Shown here piece by piece: positions 19,448-29,234 of a DNA stretch of 64,000 nucleotides. The stretch's first letter is position 1, and every line of letters begins with the position of its first letter. Made by a program: the position numbers and the translations under genes. The notes below the pieces were generated by a model. The model made no database searches. It was not told the origin of the DNA and saw only the letters and a list, made by a program, of their open reading frames with translations. Source of the stretch: a virus; IMG/VR virus record IMGVR_UViG_3300008117_000025, positions 32,001-96,000 of that record. One strand, given 5' to 3'.

Positions 19448-20650
19448 TTAACATCCACAAGGATTATTCCAAGTTCCACATTGTGAGTTGGGGTAATCAT
19501 TAAAATAATCACTATTTACTATATCTGCGGGTGGTTGAATAGGAGGAAGTATATTTTGTGTTGTTATAGAACCATATCTAACACAATCTGAAAGTGTATA
19601 TAGATATAATTGCCCCTCAGGTTCAAAAGTTGAATTTTCTGTTGTTATTAAACCATACTGTGTAGTTCCACTACAATCAACATATTTAAAAGATCCTGTT
19701 TCAGCTGCATATAATAATATATTTTGGAAACATCCATTAAATGCTTTATATACTATACAAGCTCCTGCACAATCTGGTGTAACTAAAGGACCAACTGCTG
19801 AGTCTCTTCTTGCTAAACAGTGTGCAACTGGAGTACAAGAGCCTAGATCAGTAATTACACCACTATCATTTACAACTAAACAATTAGTACCATCATAATA
19901 AGTACCAGTATCTGCTATTGTTGTTAAAGAAGAGTCTGTGTATAGGAAGCATCCAACTTCTAGATCGCAACAATCACTGTATATAGTAGGTGATAAAGCT
20001 TGAGTTGAATATGTTACTATAACAAGTCCATTTCCACCAACACCACCATTTCTTGTTGAAGAACCTAAATCAGTATTTGCTCCTCCTGATCCACCACCCC
20101 CAAAGCTAGCTCCTGGATTTCCATTATTTCCTGGGGTTACTCCATTTGCTCCTAATCCTCCATAAAAATTTGTTGCTGATCCTCCAACATTATTTACTGC
20201 ATTGCTTCCACTATTAGTAGAACCGGCACCTCCTCCTCCTCCACCAGACCCTGCATCTACTCCATTTCCTCCATTTCCACCTTTAAATATTATATCACCA
20301 ACACACCCTGCTGTACTACCAGAAGCTCCAGTAGCATATGCTGGCGTTGCTCCAGTAGCATTATTGCCATTTATCCCTCCTTTAGCATAAACTACATTAA
20401 TATTATCAAACCAAGAATCTCTATTACCCGCTCCACCTTGACCAACAGTAACTGTATATCCTTGTCCTGGGTTAACAGGATAATTCATTTTTTTAGCATA
20501 TGCACCTCCAGATCCACCACCACCACGACCTCCAAGGCGAGTAGAAAGTCCACCTGATCCCCCAGCTCCCCATGCTTCTATAGTTACATGATTAACATTG
20601 GCTGGTACTGTAAAGGTTCCATTTGTATAAAAAAATTCTTTTTGTCTCAT
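19448..20650 (-). CDS. glycine-rich domain protein with a Cys-rich C-terminus (tail-associated)
   Basis: GTFTVPANV..VTIEAWGAGGSGG...GGGGSGGAYAKK...YTVTVGQGG is the typical phage Gly-rich domain. The C-terminal half is Cys-rich. Confidence 0.75.
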   Translation of the reverse strand: MRQKEFFYTNGTFTVPANVNHVTIEAWGAGGSGGLSTRLGGRGGGGSGGAYAKKMNYPVNPGQGYTVTVGQGGAGNRDSWFDNINVVYAKGGINGNNATGATPAYATGASGSTAGCVGDIIFKGGNGGNGVDAGSGGGGGGAGSTNSGSNAVNNVGGSATNFYGGLGANGVTPGNNGNPGASFGGGGSGGANTDLGSSTRNGGVGGNGLVIVTYSTQALSPTIYSDCCDLEVGCFLYTDSSLTTIADTGTYYDGTNCLVVNDSGVITDLGSCTPVAHCLARRDSAVGPLVTPDCAGACIVYKAFNGCFQNILLYAAETGSFKYVDCSGTTQYGLITTENSTFEPEGQLYLYTLSDCVRYGSITTQNILPPIQPPADIVNSDYFNDYPNSQCGTWNNPCGC

Positions 20651-20690
20651 ATAAAAACTAATTTATTAATATTTTTAACAACTAATACAA

Positions 20691-23600
20691 TTAATTACAT
20701 CCTTCAACACATCCTCTTGCATAGTTATCTTCTGCTTCACAGCAATCACCTGGTGTTTCTGATGTTGGAGTATATCCTACACAGAATGAACAATATATTG
20801 GGCATTCTTCAAGTGGGAGAGTAATACAGGTAGTACTGGTTCCTGAGAGTTTAACTGAAGTACCACTTGTACCTGAACTACCTGATGTACCAGATGAACC
20901 GGAGGTTCCTGAACTACCACTAGATCCACTTGTACCTGAACTACCTGATGAACCTGAAGTACCTGTAGAGCCTGATGTACCTGTTGAACCAGATGTTCCT
21001 GAACTACCACTTGATCCACTTGATCCTGTTGTACCTGATGAACCTGAAGTGCCAGTTGATCCGCTAGTACCTGATGAACCGCTAGTACCTGATGAACCCG
21101 ATGATCCACCAGAACCACTTGTACCTGCTGAGCCTGCAGATCCACTTGTACCTGTTGAGCCTGAGCTTCCTCCAGTACCTGAACTTCCTGAGCTACCATT
21201 TGCCCCACTTGTTCCTGAACTTCCTGATGTTCCGCTTGAGCCACTAGTACCAGAAGTACCACTTGAGCCTGAATTGCCAGAAGTACCTGATGATCCTCTT
21301 GTGCCGGAGGTTCCACTAGAACCTGAAGTTCCACTAGAGCCTGAAGTGCCGGATGTACCAGAACTACCATCAATTCCTGATGTACCAGATGAACCAGAGG
21401 TGCCATTAGAACCCGAAATGCCGGATGTTCCTGAACTACCATCAATCCCTGATGTTCCTGATGAGCCTGAACTACCTGATGTACCTGAACTACCTGATGT
21501 ACCAGATGAGCCAGATGTTCCAGAGCTACCATTTGTGCCTGAAATACCAGATGTACCTGAACTACCAGATGTACCAGATGAGCCAGATACGCCGGAAGTA
21601 CCAGCGTCTCCTGTTATACCACTAGTACCTGAGGTACCATTTGATGTGCCTGATGTACCTGTTGTGCCTGATGTACCAAATGAATATCCTGAAGACCCAG
21701 CAGTTCCTGAAGTACCAAATGATATACCGGATGTACCTGCTGAACCTGAAGAACCTGTTGTACCTGCTGTACCATTGCCTGAGGTTCCACTTGTACCAGT
21801 TTGACCACTTGTACCGCTTGATCCACGAGTACCACTAGTACCACTTGTACCACTAGTACCATTTGTTCCTGAAATACCTGAAGTACCGCTTGAGCCTGTT
21901 GTACCTGAAGTACCAGTTGTGCCTGAAGTGCCATTAGTACCATCTGCACCTGAGGTTCCAGAAGATCCATTAGTACCATTTATTCCTGAAGTACCATTAG
22001 TACCTGAAATACCAGAAGTACCATTTGAACCACTAACACCTGAAGAGCCAGAAGTACCAAAAGTACCATCAGAGCCAGAAGTGCCAGAAGAACCACTTGA
22101 ACCGTCAACTCCGGAAGAACCAGAACTACCTGATGTACCATGGGTTCCACTTGATCCTGAACTACCTGATGAGCCTGAAGAACCAGCTGACCCAGCTGAT
22201 CCAGCTGTTCCTGATGAGCCTGCAGAACCTGCAGAGCCAGCAGTACCTGCAGAGCCGGATGAACCACTTGATCCAGAGCTTCCTGAAGAACCACTAGAGC
22301 CAGCTTCACCACTTGTTCCTGAACTTCCATCTTCTCCGTCTACTCCTGATAATCCTGAAGAACCAGAACTACCACTAGTACCTGTCTCTCCACTAGTACC
22401 GGAACTTCCTTCAGTTCCTGATGTACCTGAAGTGCCATTTATTCCTGATGAACCTGAAGTGCCATTAGATGTACCTGAGGTACCTGTTGTGCCTGAAGTA
22501 CCGTATGTGTATCCAGAAGAACCAGCTGTGCCGGAGGTACCAAATGATAGACCTGAAGTGCCTGCTGAACCTGATGATCCTGTTTCTCCGCTTGTACCTG
22601 AAGTACCTGTTTCTCCGCTTGTACCTGAAGTACCTGTTTCTCCGCTTGTACCTGAAGTACCAGATGTGCCTGAGGTACCTGTTGTACCACTTGTACCTGC
22701 TGTACCACTTGTACCTGTTTCTCCACTAGTACCAGAGGAACCAGATGTACCAAAAGTACCTGATAAACCTGAAGTACCGCTTGATCCTGTTGTACCTGAA
22801 GTACCAGTTGTACCACTTGTACCTTGTGTTCCACTAGTGCCGCTAGTACCTGTTGTGCCTGATGTACCTGTTGTACCGCTTGTTCCAGCAGTTCCATTAC
22901 CTGAAGTGCCTGATGTACCAGCAGTTCCGTTACCTGAGGTACCACTTGTACCTGCAGTTCCATTACCTGAAGTACCTGAGGTACCTGATGAGCCTGAAGT
23001 ACCTGTTGTACCGCTTGTTCCAGCAGTTCCATTACCTGAAGTGCCTGATGTACCTGTTGTGCCTGATGTGCCTGTTGTGCCTGATGTACCTGTTGTGCCG
23101 CTTGAACCTGAAGTGCCTGATGTACCTGTTGTGCCTGATGTACCTGTTGTGCCTGAAGTGCCAGCAGTTCCGTTACCTGAGGTACCACTTGTACCTGCAG
23201 TTCCATTACCTGAAGTGCCAGAAGTACCTGTTGTACCTGAAGTACCGTTTGATGTACCTGATGTACCTGTTGTACCTGATGTACCGTATGTGTATCCTGA
23301 AGATCCTGCTGTACCCGACGTACCGAATGATATACCTGATGTACCTGCTGAACCTGAAGAACCTGTTGTGCCTGATGTACCACTGCCTGAAGTACCACTT
23401 GTACCTGTTTCTCCACTAGTACCACTTGATCCTCTAGTACCACTAGTACCGCTTGTACCTGCAGTTCCATTACCTGAAGTGCCTGATGAGCCTGATGAGC
23501 CTGTAGTACCAGAAGTACCTGAAGTACCTGTTGTACCGCTTGTGCCTGATGAGCCTGTAGTACCAGAAGTACCTGAAGTGCCTGTTGTACCTGTTGTGCC

Positions 23601-24815
23601 GCTTGTTCCTTGTGTTCCACTGATACCGCTTGTACCTGTTGTGCCTGAAGTACCAGTTGTACCACTTGTGCCTGATGTACCTGTTGTACCAGAAGTACCA
23701 GTTGTTCCTGAAGTACCTGTTGTGCCGCTTGTTCCCGTAGTACCGCTTGTTCCCGTAGTACCGCTAGTACCTGTTGTACCGCTTGTTCCCGTAGTACCGC
23801 TAGTGCCTGATGTGCCTGTTGTGCCTGAAGTGCCTGTTGTACCGCTCGTGCCTGAGGTACCTGTTGTACCGCTAGTACCTGTTGTACCTGATGTGCCGCT
23901 AGTACCTGTTATACCTGATGTACCTGTTGTGCCGCTTGTACCTGAAGTGCCTGATGTGCCACTTATACCGCTTGTTCCACGAGCACCACTAGTACCTGAT
24001 GTTCCTGTTGTACCTGATGTACCTGTTGTGCCACTTGTGCCGGTTGTACCTGATGTGCCTGTTGTGCCGCTTGAACCTGAGGTGCCGGATGTACCTGTTG
24101 TACCAGAAGTGCCTCTTGATCCACTTGAACCTGAACTTCCAGCAGATCCAGATATACCTGATGTGCCAGAAGAACCATCTGAACCTGAAGTACCGCTTGA
24201 GCCTGTTGTACCTGAAGTACCTGAGGTGCCGCTTGTACCAGTAGTACCAGAAGTGCCTGTTGTGCCTGAAGTACCTGTTGTGCCTGCTGTACCACTTGTA
24301 CCTGCTGTACCTGAAGTACCAGCAGCAGAGCGGGCATATTTTGTTAAAATATCAAGAATATTATATATATCAGCATCAGTGAGCCAACCACCTAATGATC
24401 CTAGTCTTGTTATATCTCCAGTAGGATCTATAAATATTCCTTTAACTTCAGCTGGGTAGTTTTCAACTCCTGTATATTCAGTAGCATTTGCTAGTATTTG
24501 AACATTAGTATCTTCTAAAACACAACAAACTTCAGTTTCAGTTTGAAGAGATATAGAAGCAACTCTATATATTTTCCCATATGCTAGATTCCCTCCTTCA
24601 GCATATAGCATTCCAACTTTCACATCACGTCCATCTATTTGACCATCTGTACTACCAGCTGCTTGGTCAGAATATATAGTAAAACAGCATTGAAAAAGAT
24701 ATGATGCTCCATCAAATATACTCCCAGGATCCGAAAACGTTGGGGTTGTTGGGGAACCAGAACCTGGTTTAAGTAGTGCTCTAATTACTAATGAAGAGTT
24801 AGCTGCAGTGGGCAT
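20691..24815 (-). CDS. collagen-like GTS/GTT/GSS repeat fibre protein (1374 aa)
   Basis: About 160-aa globular N-terminus, a continuous Gly-X-Y block at about 20845-24325, and a Cys-rich C-terminal tip. Confidence 0.85.
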   Translation of the reverse strand: MPTAANSSLVIRALLKPGSGSPTTPTFSDPGSIFDGASYLFQCCFTIYSDQAAGSTDGQIDGRDVKVGMLYAEGGNLAYGKIYRVASISLQTETEVCCVLEDTNVQILANATEYTGVENYPAEVKGIFIDPTGDITRLGSLGGWLTDADIYNILDILTKYARSAAGTSGTAGTSGTAGTTGTSGTTGTSGTTGTSGTSGTSGTTGSSGTSGSDGSSGTSGISGSAGSSGSSGSRGTSGTTGTSGTSGSSGTTGTSGTTGTSGTTGTSGTTGTSGTSGARGTSGISGTSGTSGTSGTTGTSGITGTSGTSGTTGTSGTTGTSGTSGTTGTSGTTGTSGTSGTTGTSGTTGTSGTTGTSGTTGTSGTTGTSGTTGTSGTTGTSGTSGTTGTSGTTGTSGISGTQGTSGTTGTTGTSGTSGTTGSSGTSGTTGTSGTSGTTGSSGSSGTSGNGTAGTSGTSGTRGSSGTSGETGTSGTSGSGTSGTTGSSGSAGTSGISFGTSGTAGSSGYTYGTSGTTGTSGTSNGTSGTTGTSGTSGNGTAGTSGTSGNGTAGTSGTTGTSGTTGTSGTSGSSGTTGTSGTTGTSGTTGTSGTSGNGTAGTSGTTGTSGSSGTSGTSGNGTAGTSGTSGNGTAGTSGTSGNGTAGTSGTTGTSGTTGTSGTSGTQGTSGTTGTSGTTGSSGTSGLSGTFGTSGSSGTSGETGTSGTAGTSGTTGTSGTSGTSGTSGETGTSGTSGETGTSGTSGETGSSGSAGTSGLSFGTSGTAGSSGYTYGTSGTTGTSGTSNGTSGSSGINGTSGTSGTEGSSGTSGETGTSGSSGSSGLSGVDGEDGSSGTSGEAGSSGSSGSSGSSGSSGSAGTAGSAGSAGSSGTAGSAGSAGSSGSSGSSGSSGTHGTSGSSGSSGVDGSSGSSGTSGSDGTFGTSGSSGVSGSNGTSGISGTNGTSGINGTNGSSGTSGADGTNGTSGTTGTSGTTGSSGTSGISGTNGTSGTSGTSGTRGSSGTSGQTGTSGTSGNGTAGTTGSSGSAGTSGISFGTSGTAGSSGYSFGTSGTTGTSGTSNGTSGTSGITGDAGTSGVSGSSGTSGSSGTSGISGTNGSSGTSGSSGTSGSSGTSGSSGSSGTSGIDGSSGTSGISGSNGTSGSSGTSGIDGSSGTSGTSGSSGTSGSSGTSGTRGSSGTSGNSGSSGTSGTSGSSGTSGSSGTSGANGSSGSSGTGGSSGSTGTSGSAGSAGTSGSGGSSGSSGTSGSSGTSGSTGTSGSSGTTGSSGSSGSSGTSGSTGTSGSTGTSGSSGSSGTSGSSGSSGTSGSSGTSGSSGTSGTSVKLSGTSTTCITLPLEECPIYCSFCVGYTPTSETPGDCCEAEDNYARGCVEGCN

Positions 24816-24823
24816 ACTTTATT

Positions 24824-27800
24824 TTATATTAGGAAGATTATATAGGCTGTTGTTGTATTTGAAGTAACACTAGTTGCTGAACCAATTCCAGTGATAGTAA
24901 ACGTTGGGTAAGTTCCAGATGAATGATCTTGATTAACAGAAGCTAGTGCATTATTTGTAGTATACCCTGATGACATTGCTGTTCTTAGATTTACCTGGTT
25001 TGGAGATCCTGCTGTACCTATTGAAACAACAGAGCAATAATATATAGGAACTGAACGATTTGATATAGGTCTAGTAGCTGAAATTGATGTTGATGAAGCT
25101 ACACTAAATGACCATCCATTAGCTGTTAAGTCTTCTCCATTAGGACCAACAGCGCTAGCTATTGAATTTACAGCTCCTGCAACTATATTTAAAGTAACAA
25201 CATATTTTCCACCTGCAGATGATGTACCAGAAGTACCAGAAGAACCTGTTCCTCCAGTTTGGCCACTAGTTCCTGAAGTACCATTTGAAGTACCTGAGGT
25301 GCCTGTTGTACCGGAAGTACCATATGATAAACCTGATGAGCCTGCTGTACCTGAAGTACCGAATGATAGGCCTGAAGTACCAGATGAGCCAGTTTCTCCC
25401 GATGTTCCACTAGAGCCTGAGGTACCTGTTGATCCACTTGTTCCACTTGAACCACTTGAGCCATTAACACCACTTGTACCGCTTGAACCGGTTGTACCGC
25501 TTGATCCGCTTGTGCCTGTAGATCCACTAGTACCACTTGAACCGCTTGTTCCGTTTGAACCATTTTGACCAGATGTACCACTTGAACCAGTTGTACCGCT
25601 TGAGCCGCTTGTACCAGTAGAGCCACTTGTTCCACTTGAACCGCTAGTACCATTTGAACCACTTTGGCCAGATGTACCACTAGAGCCAGCTGTACCACTT
25701 GAGCCACTTGTGCCTGTAGAGCCTGATGTTCCGCTTGATCCACTTGATCCGCTTGTACCTGTAGAACCTGATGTGCCGCTTGAACCGCTTGATCCGCTTG
25801 TGCCACTTGATCCGTCTATACCTGAAGTACCACTTGAGCCTGAAGTACCACTAGAGCCTCTTGTGCCGCTTGAACCGCTTGAGCCACTAGTACCGCTTGA
25901 TCCACTAGTACCGCTTGATCCGCTTGTACCACTTGATCCACTTGATCCGCTTGATCCAGAAGTACCACTTGAACCACTTGATCCAGAAGTACCACTTGAA
26001 CCACTTGAACCATCTACTCCGCTAGTACCAGATGAGCCAGATGTACCAGTAGAGCCACTAGTGCCACTAGTTCCAGATGAACCTGAACTACCAGTTTCGC
26101 CACTAGTTCCTGAAGAACCCGAACTACCAGTTTCACCACTTGTACCAGATGAACCTGAAGTGCCAGTTGATCCACTAGTTCCTGAAGAACCCGAACTACC
26201 AGTTTCGCCGCTAGTTCCAGATGAACCATTTGTTCCATTTTCGCCACTTGTACCACTTGAACCACTTGATCCAGTTTCACCACTTGTACCTGATGAACCT
26301 CTTGTACCACTAGTTCCACTTGTACCTGATGAACCTCTTGTACCACTAGTTCCTGAAGAACCGGATGTACCTGAACTACCATCTACTCCACTTGTTCCTG
26401 AAGAGCCGTTTGTTCCTGAAACTCCAGAGGTGCCACTTGAACCTGAAGTACCGCTTGAGCCTGTTGTACCGCTAGTACCTGTTGTACCTGATGTACCGTT
26501 TGATGTACCTGAAGTACCTGTTGTACCTGAAGTACCGTATGAAAAGCCTGATGAACCTGCTGTACCTGATGTACCGAATGATATACCTGAGGTACCTGCG
26601 GAGCCGGATGAGCCGGTTGTTCCTGCTGTACCATCATTACCTGAAGTACCGCTTGAGCCAGTTACTCCACTTGTTCCTGATGAACCTCTTGTACCTGATG
26701 TACCTGAGGTGCCTGATGAGCCTGAAGTGCCGGATGAGCCTGAAGTACCAGATGAGCCGTTTGTTCCAGTTATACCACTTGTTCCAGATGAACCCCGTGT
26801 TCCACTTGAACCGGATGTACCAGATGAGCCTCTTGTACCGCTAGTTCCTGATGTACCAGATGAGCCTCTTGTACCGCTAGTTCCTGATGAACCGGATGTG
26901 CCACTTGAACCAGATGAACCACTAGTACCGGATGATCCTCTAGTACCGGATGAACCGCTTGTACCGGATGACCCTCTAGTACCGGATGTACCACTTGTAC
27001 CGCTTGAACCTGAAGTGCCAGCGCTACCACTAGTACCGGATGAACCTCTTGTACCACTAGTTCCTGATGAACCGGATGTGCCACTTGTTCCTGAAGTGCC
27101 AGATGTACCAACACTTCCGCTTGTTCCAGAAGAACCACTAGTTCCTGAAGAACCGGATGTGCCTGCACTTCCACTTGTACCTGAGCTGCCATTTGTACCT
27201 GATTCTCCAGAAGTACCAGATGATCCATTTGTCCCGGATATACCTGATGTGCCTGATGAGCCGTTGCTTCCAGATACACCTGATGTGCCTGAACTACCAC
27301 TTGTTCCTGAAGATCCGCTAGAACCTGATGTACCACTTGACCCTGAAGAGCCTGATGTACCTGATGAGCCACTAGAACCAGATGATCCTCTAGTGCCAGA
27401 TGAACCGGAAGAACCAGCTGAACCACTAGTACCAGAAGTACCAGCTGAGCCGGAAGTACCAGCGGTTCCAGATGAACCACTTGTGCCAGCAGACCCACTT
27501 GTTCCACTTGAACCTGATGTTCCTGAGGTGCCACCAGTGCCTGATGAACCTGAGGTGCCGCTTGAACCAGAAGAACCATTAGCACCAGAGGTGCCACTAG
27601 AGCCAGCAGTACCACTAGTACCAGAAGTATTAGTGGTAGTGGTTCTATAATATAATTGCTTAGACGTCGTATCGAATACAACGTAATTTGTTAATGCGTT
27701 TTCAGTTAGGGTTGCTTTTACACTTCCTGTAATGTCTACAGAACCTGTCATTTTAAATGACCCACTAACACTTAATAAGTTGCCAATTATAGCTGTGCTT

Positions 27801-28078
27801 CCAGATAGATAACTTGCACTAACTGCTGTTATTGCATTATTAGCCCAGCTTGAAGTACCATATAAAGAGCCAGTTAAATTATTAAGAACAGCACGACCAT
27901 CAACTGTAAAAAATCCAAGTACAGAGGTAGATCCAGTAATATTAATATTACTACCAGACATGTTAGTAAGAAGGTAGACAAAATTACCATCACCTTCAGG
28001 CCATGTTAACTCTGAGCCTTTTATGGCTATAGTGTTTCCCGCGTTGGCCGCAGAACTTATACGCAGTATTAATCCCAT
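24824..28078 (-). CDS. collagen-like GSS/GTS repeat fibre protein (1084 aa)
   Basis: N-terminus IKGSELTWPEGDGNFVYL, Gly-X-Y block at about 25215-27630, and a roughly 130-aa beta-rich C-terminal domain. Confidence 0.85.
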   Translation of the reverse strand: MGLILRISSAANAGNTIAIKGSELTWPEGDGNFVYLLTNMSGSNINITGSTSVLGFFTVDGRAVLNNLTGSLYGTSSWANNAITAVSASYLSGSTAIIGNLLSVSGSFKMTGSVDITGSVKATLTENALTNYVVFDTTSKQLYYRTTTTNTSGTSGTAGSSGTSGANGSSGSSGTSGSSGTGGTSGTSGSSGTSGSAGTSGSSGTAGTSGSAGTSGTSGSAGSSGSSGTRGSSGSSGSSGTSGSSGSSGTSGSSGSSGTSGSSGTSGVSGSNGSSGTSGISGTNGSSGTSGESGTNGSSGTSGSAGTSGSSGTSGSSGTSGSVGTSGTSGTSGTSGSSGTSGTRGSSGTSGSAGTSGSSGTSGTSGTRGSSGTSGSSGTRGSSGTSGSSGSSGTSGSSGTSGTRGSSGTSGTSGTRGSSGTSGSSGTRGSSGTSGITGTNGSSGTSGSSGTSGSSGTSGTSGTRGSSGTSGVTGSSGTSGNDGTAGTTGSSGSAGTSGISFGTSGTAGSSGFSYGTSGTTGTSGTSNGTSGTTGTSGTTGSSGTSGSSGTSGVSGTNGSSGTSGVDGSSGTSGSSGTSGTRGSSGTSGTSGTRGSSGTSGETGSSGSSGTSGENGTNGSSGTSGETGSSGSSGTSGSTGTSGSSGTSGETGSSGSSGTSGETGSSGSSGTSGTSGSTGTSGSSGTSGVDGSSGSSGTSGSSGSSGTSGSSGSSGSSGTSGSSGTSGSSGTSGSSGSSGTRGSSGTSGSSGTSGIDGSSGTSGSSGSSGTSGSTGTSGSSGSSGTSGSTGTSGSSGTAGSSGTSGQSGSNGTSGSSGTSGSTGTSGSSGTTGSSGTSGQNGSNGTSGSSGTSGSTGTSGSSGTTGSSGTSGVNGSSGSSGTSGSTGTSGSSGTSGETGSSGTSGLSFGTSGTAGSSGLSYGTSGTTGTSGTSNGTSGTSGQTGGTGSSGTSGTSSAGGKYVVTLNIVAGAVNSIASAVGPNGEDLTANGWSFSVASSTSISATRPISNRSVPIYYCSVVSIGTAGSPNQVNLRTAMSSGYTTNNALASVNQDHSSGTYPTFTITGIGSATSVTSNTTTAYIIFLI

Positions 28079-28129
28079 GAAAATATATATTTACTACATA
28101 TAAATATACATCTCTATGGGCAGCTTTAT

Positions 28130-28663
28130 TTATAGTGAACTTCTTTGTTTGTCATTTTGCCACTGACCATTATACTTTTCAGCAGTATTACATTCATGAA
28201 AATAGATTTGTGCTACTCTAGCATCTTTTTCAATGAATATTGTTTCATAAACATAAAGTAATGTACCCATATTTTGGGTTTCAAAACCAGGATCAAATAC
28301 AGGACTATTAATAATTGCTCCATTACGGTAAAGAGATGAGCGTTGTTTAATAAATGCTACTCTATTATCTGGGATTTTACATCCTTCATGGAATGTAATA
28401 TCATATACACCTTCATAAAGTAGCCATCCATTTACTCCATCTAGATTAATAGATTCGAGGGGGGTATAGGTAGTTAGTTCGGTTTTATCTTTAAGTACCT
28501 TACCAATTTTACTGTTATTAGATAAATTATAGGCACCACCTATTTTATTACCTATTTTCTGTACTGCTTTAAGACTAAGATCATAACCAACTTGTGCTGG
28601 TTTACCTTGTGTTGTTTCTAGAAGGAGTAAACCTTCATCTACTATTTGTTTTACGTTTAACAT
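28130..28663 (-). CDS. dcd: dCTP deaminase / dUTPase (trimeric dUTPase superfamily)
   Basis: QVGYDL, QRSSLYRNG, VFDPGFE and RVAQIYF motifs, plus a C-terminal YNGQWQ. Confidence 0.85.
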   Translation of the reverse strand: MLNVKQIVDEGLLLLETTQGKPAQVGYDLSLKAVQKIGNKIGGAYNLSNNSKIGKVLKDKTELTTYTPLESINLDGVNGWLLYEGVYDITFHEGCKIPDNRVAFIKQRSSLYRNGAIINSPVFDPGFETQNMGTLLYVYETIFIEKDARVAQIYFHECNTAEKYNGQWQNDKQRSSL

Positions 28664-28675
28664 ATTATAAATGTA

Positions 28676-28846
28676 TTAAAGTTCTTCTACAATTCCAAGT
28701 ATTTCGGCTCCAATTAACAAACCACCAGCAGCATTAAAATACCATTGATCAGCATACATTAATGCTAATCCAGCTAGTATTCTAACTACTGATTTAATTA
28801 TACTAATTCTAAAATGCCAATTTGTTTTACTTTCCTTTTGTTGCAT
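28676..28846 (-). CDS. small membrane protein (56 aa)
   Basis: Below the ORF-track cutoff. MQQKESKTNWHFRISIIKSVVRILAGLALMYADQWYFNAAGGLLIGAEILGIVEEL fills the gap between the PRT and dcd. Confidence 0.65.
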   Translation of the reverse strand: MQQKESKTNWHFRISIIKSVVRILAGLALMYADQWYFNAAGGLLIGAEILGIVEEL

Positions 28847-29234
28847 AATCTGCTGTTGTTTGTGAGTCTTTTTGTTCCCATGGATATACTATCCACTTAT
28901 CTCTAGGGGCTAAACTATAATAGAAATCGGGTTTAACGATTGCTGCTTGTTTATAATGGATGGTTGCTGTAGTGAAGAATTGATGGTGTTCCTTGAGTGT
29001 TTCTCCTGAATCACATATATCATCTACAACTAGGATATTTTCATAATCACCGAAGTCATTATGAGAATCAACATAAGGTAATCCCAGCTTATGAGAGAGT
29101 AGCACAGCGGGGATTAATCCTCCCCTAGGTAAACCAGTGATAGCCTCTATAGATTCATCACTTTGTTTAATTTGATGTGCTAGACTCTCAACAGCAGCCT
29201 CAATATCTTTCCAATCTAAATATATCTTATCCAT
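28827..29234 (-). CDS. type I phosphoribosyltransferase (purine/XGPRT-like)
   Basis: GLPRGGLIPA and the PRPP-binding loop ILVVDDICDSGETL, plus a C-terminal WIVYPWE. Confidence 0.9.
   Translation of the reverse strand: MDKIYLDWKDIEAAVESLAHQIKQSDESIEAITGLPRGGLIPAVLLSHKLGLPYVDSHNDFGDYENILVVDDICDSGETLKEHHQFFTTATIHYKQAAIVKPDFYYSLAPRDKWIVYPWEQKDSQTTADYATKGK

Noticed and set aside
13600-27630. Possible CRISPR array or DNA-level satellite
   Set aside because: Repeat units are multiples of 3 nt, synonymous-codon degenerate and inside ORFs. There is no constant repeat with unique spacers.
13319-27650. Long plus-strand ORFs of PLEP/PLVP/PEVP repeats (e.g. 21919..24459, 25710..27650)
   Set aside because: These are antisense shadows of the Gly-Ser/Thr codons. 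GGN-TCA/ACT repeats lack stops on the reverse strand, and the ORF limits coincide with the repeat blocks.
13563-27681. Minus-strand alternative-frame ORFs rich in AQVVLVVQ
   Set aside because: They are out-of-frame readings of the same fibre repeats, with no independent start context or domain content.
12199-28078. Diversity-generating retroelement targeting fibre tips
   Set aside because: No reverse transcriptase and no adenine-specific TR/VR pair were seen in the window.
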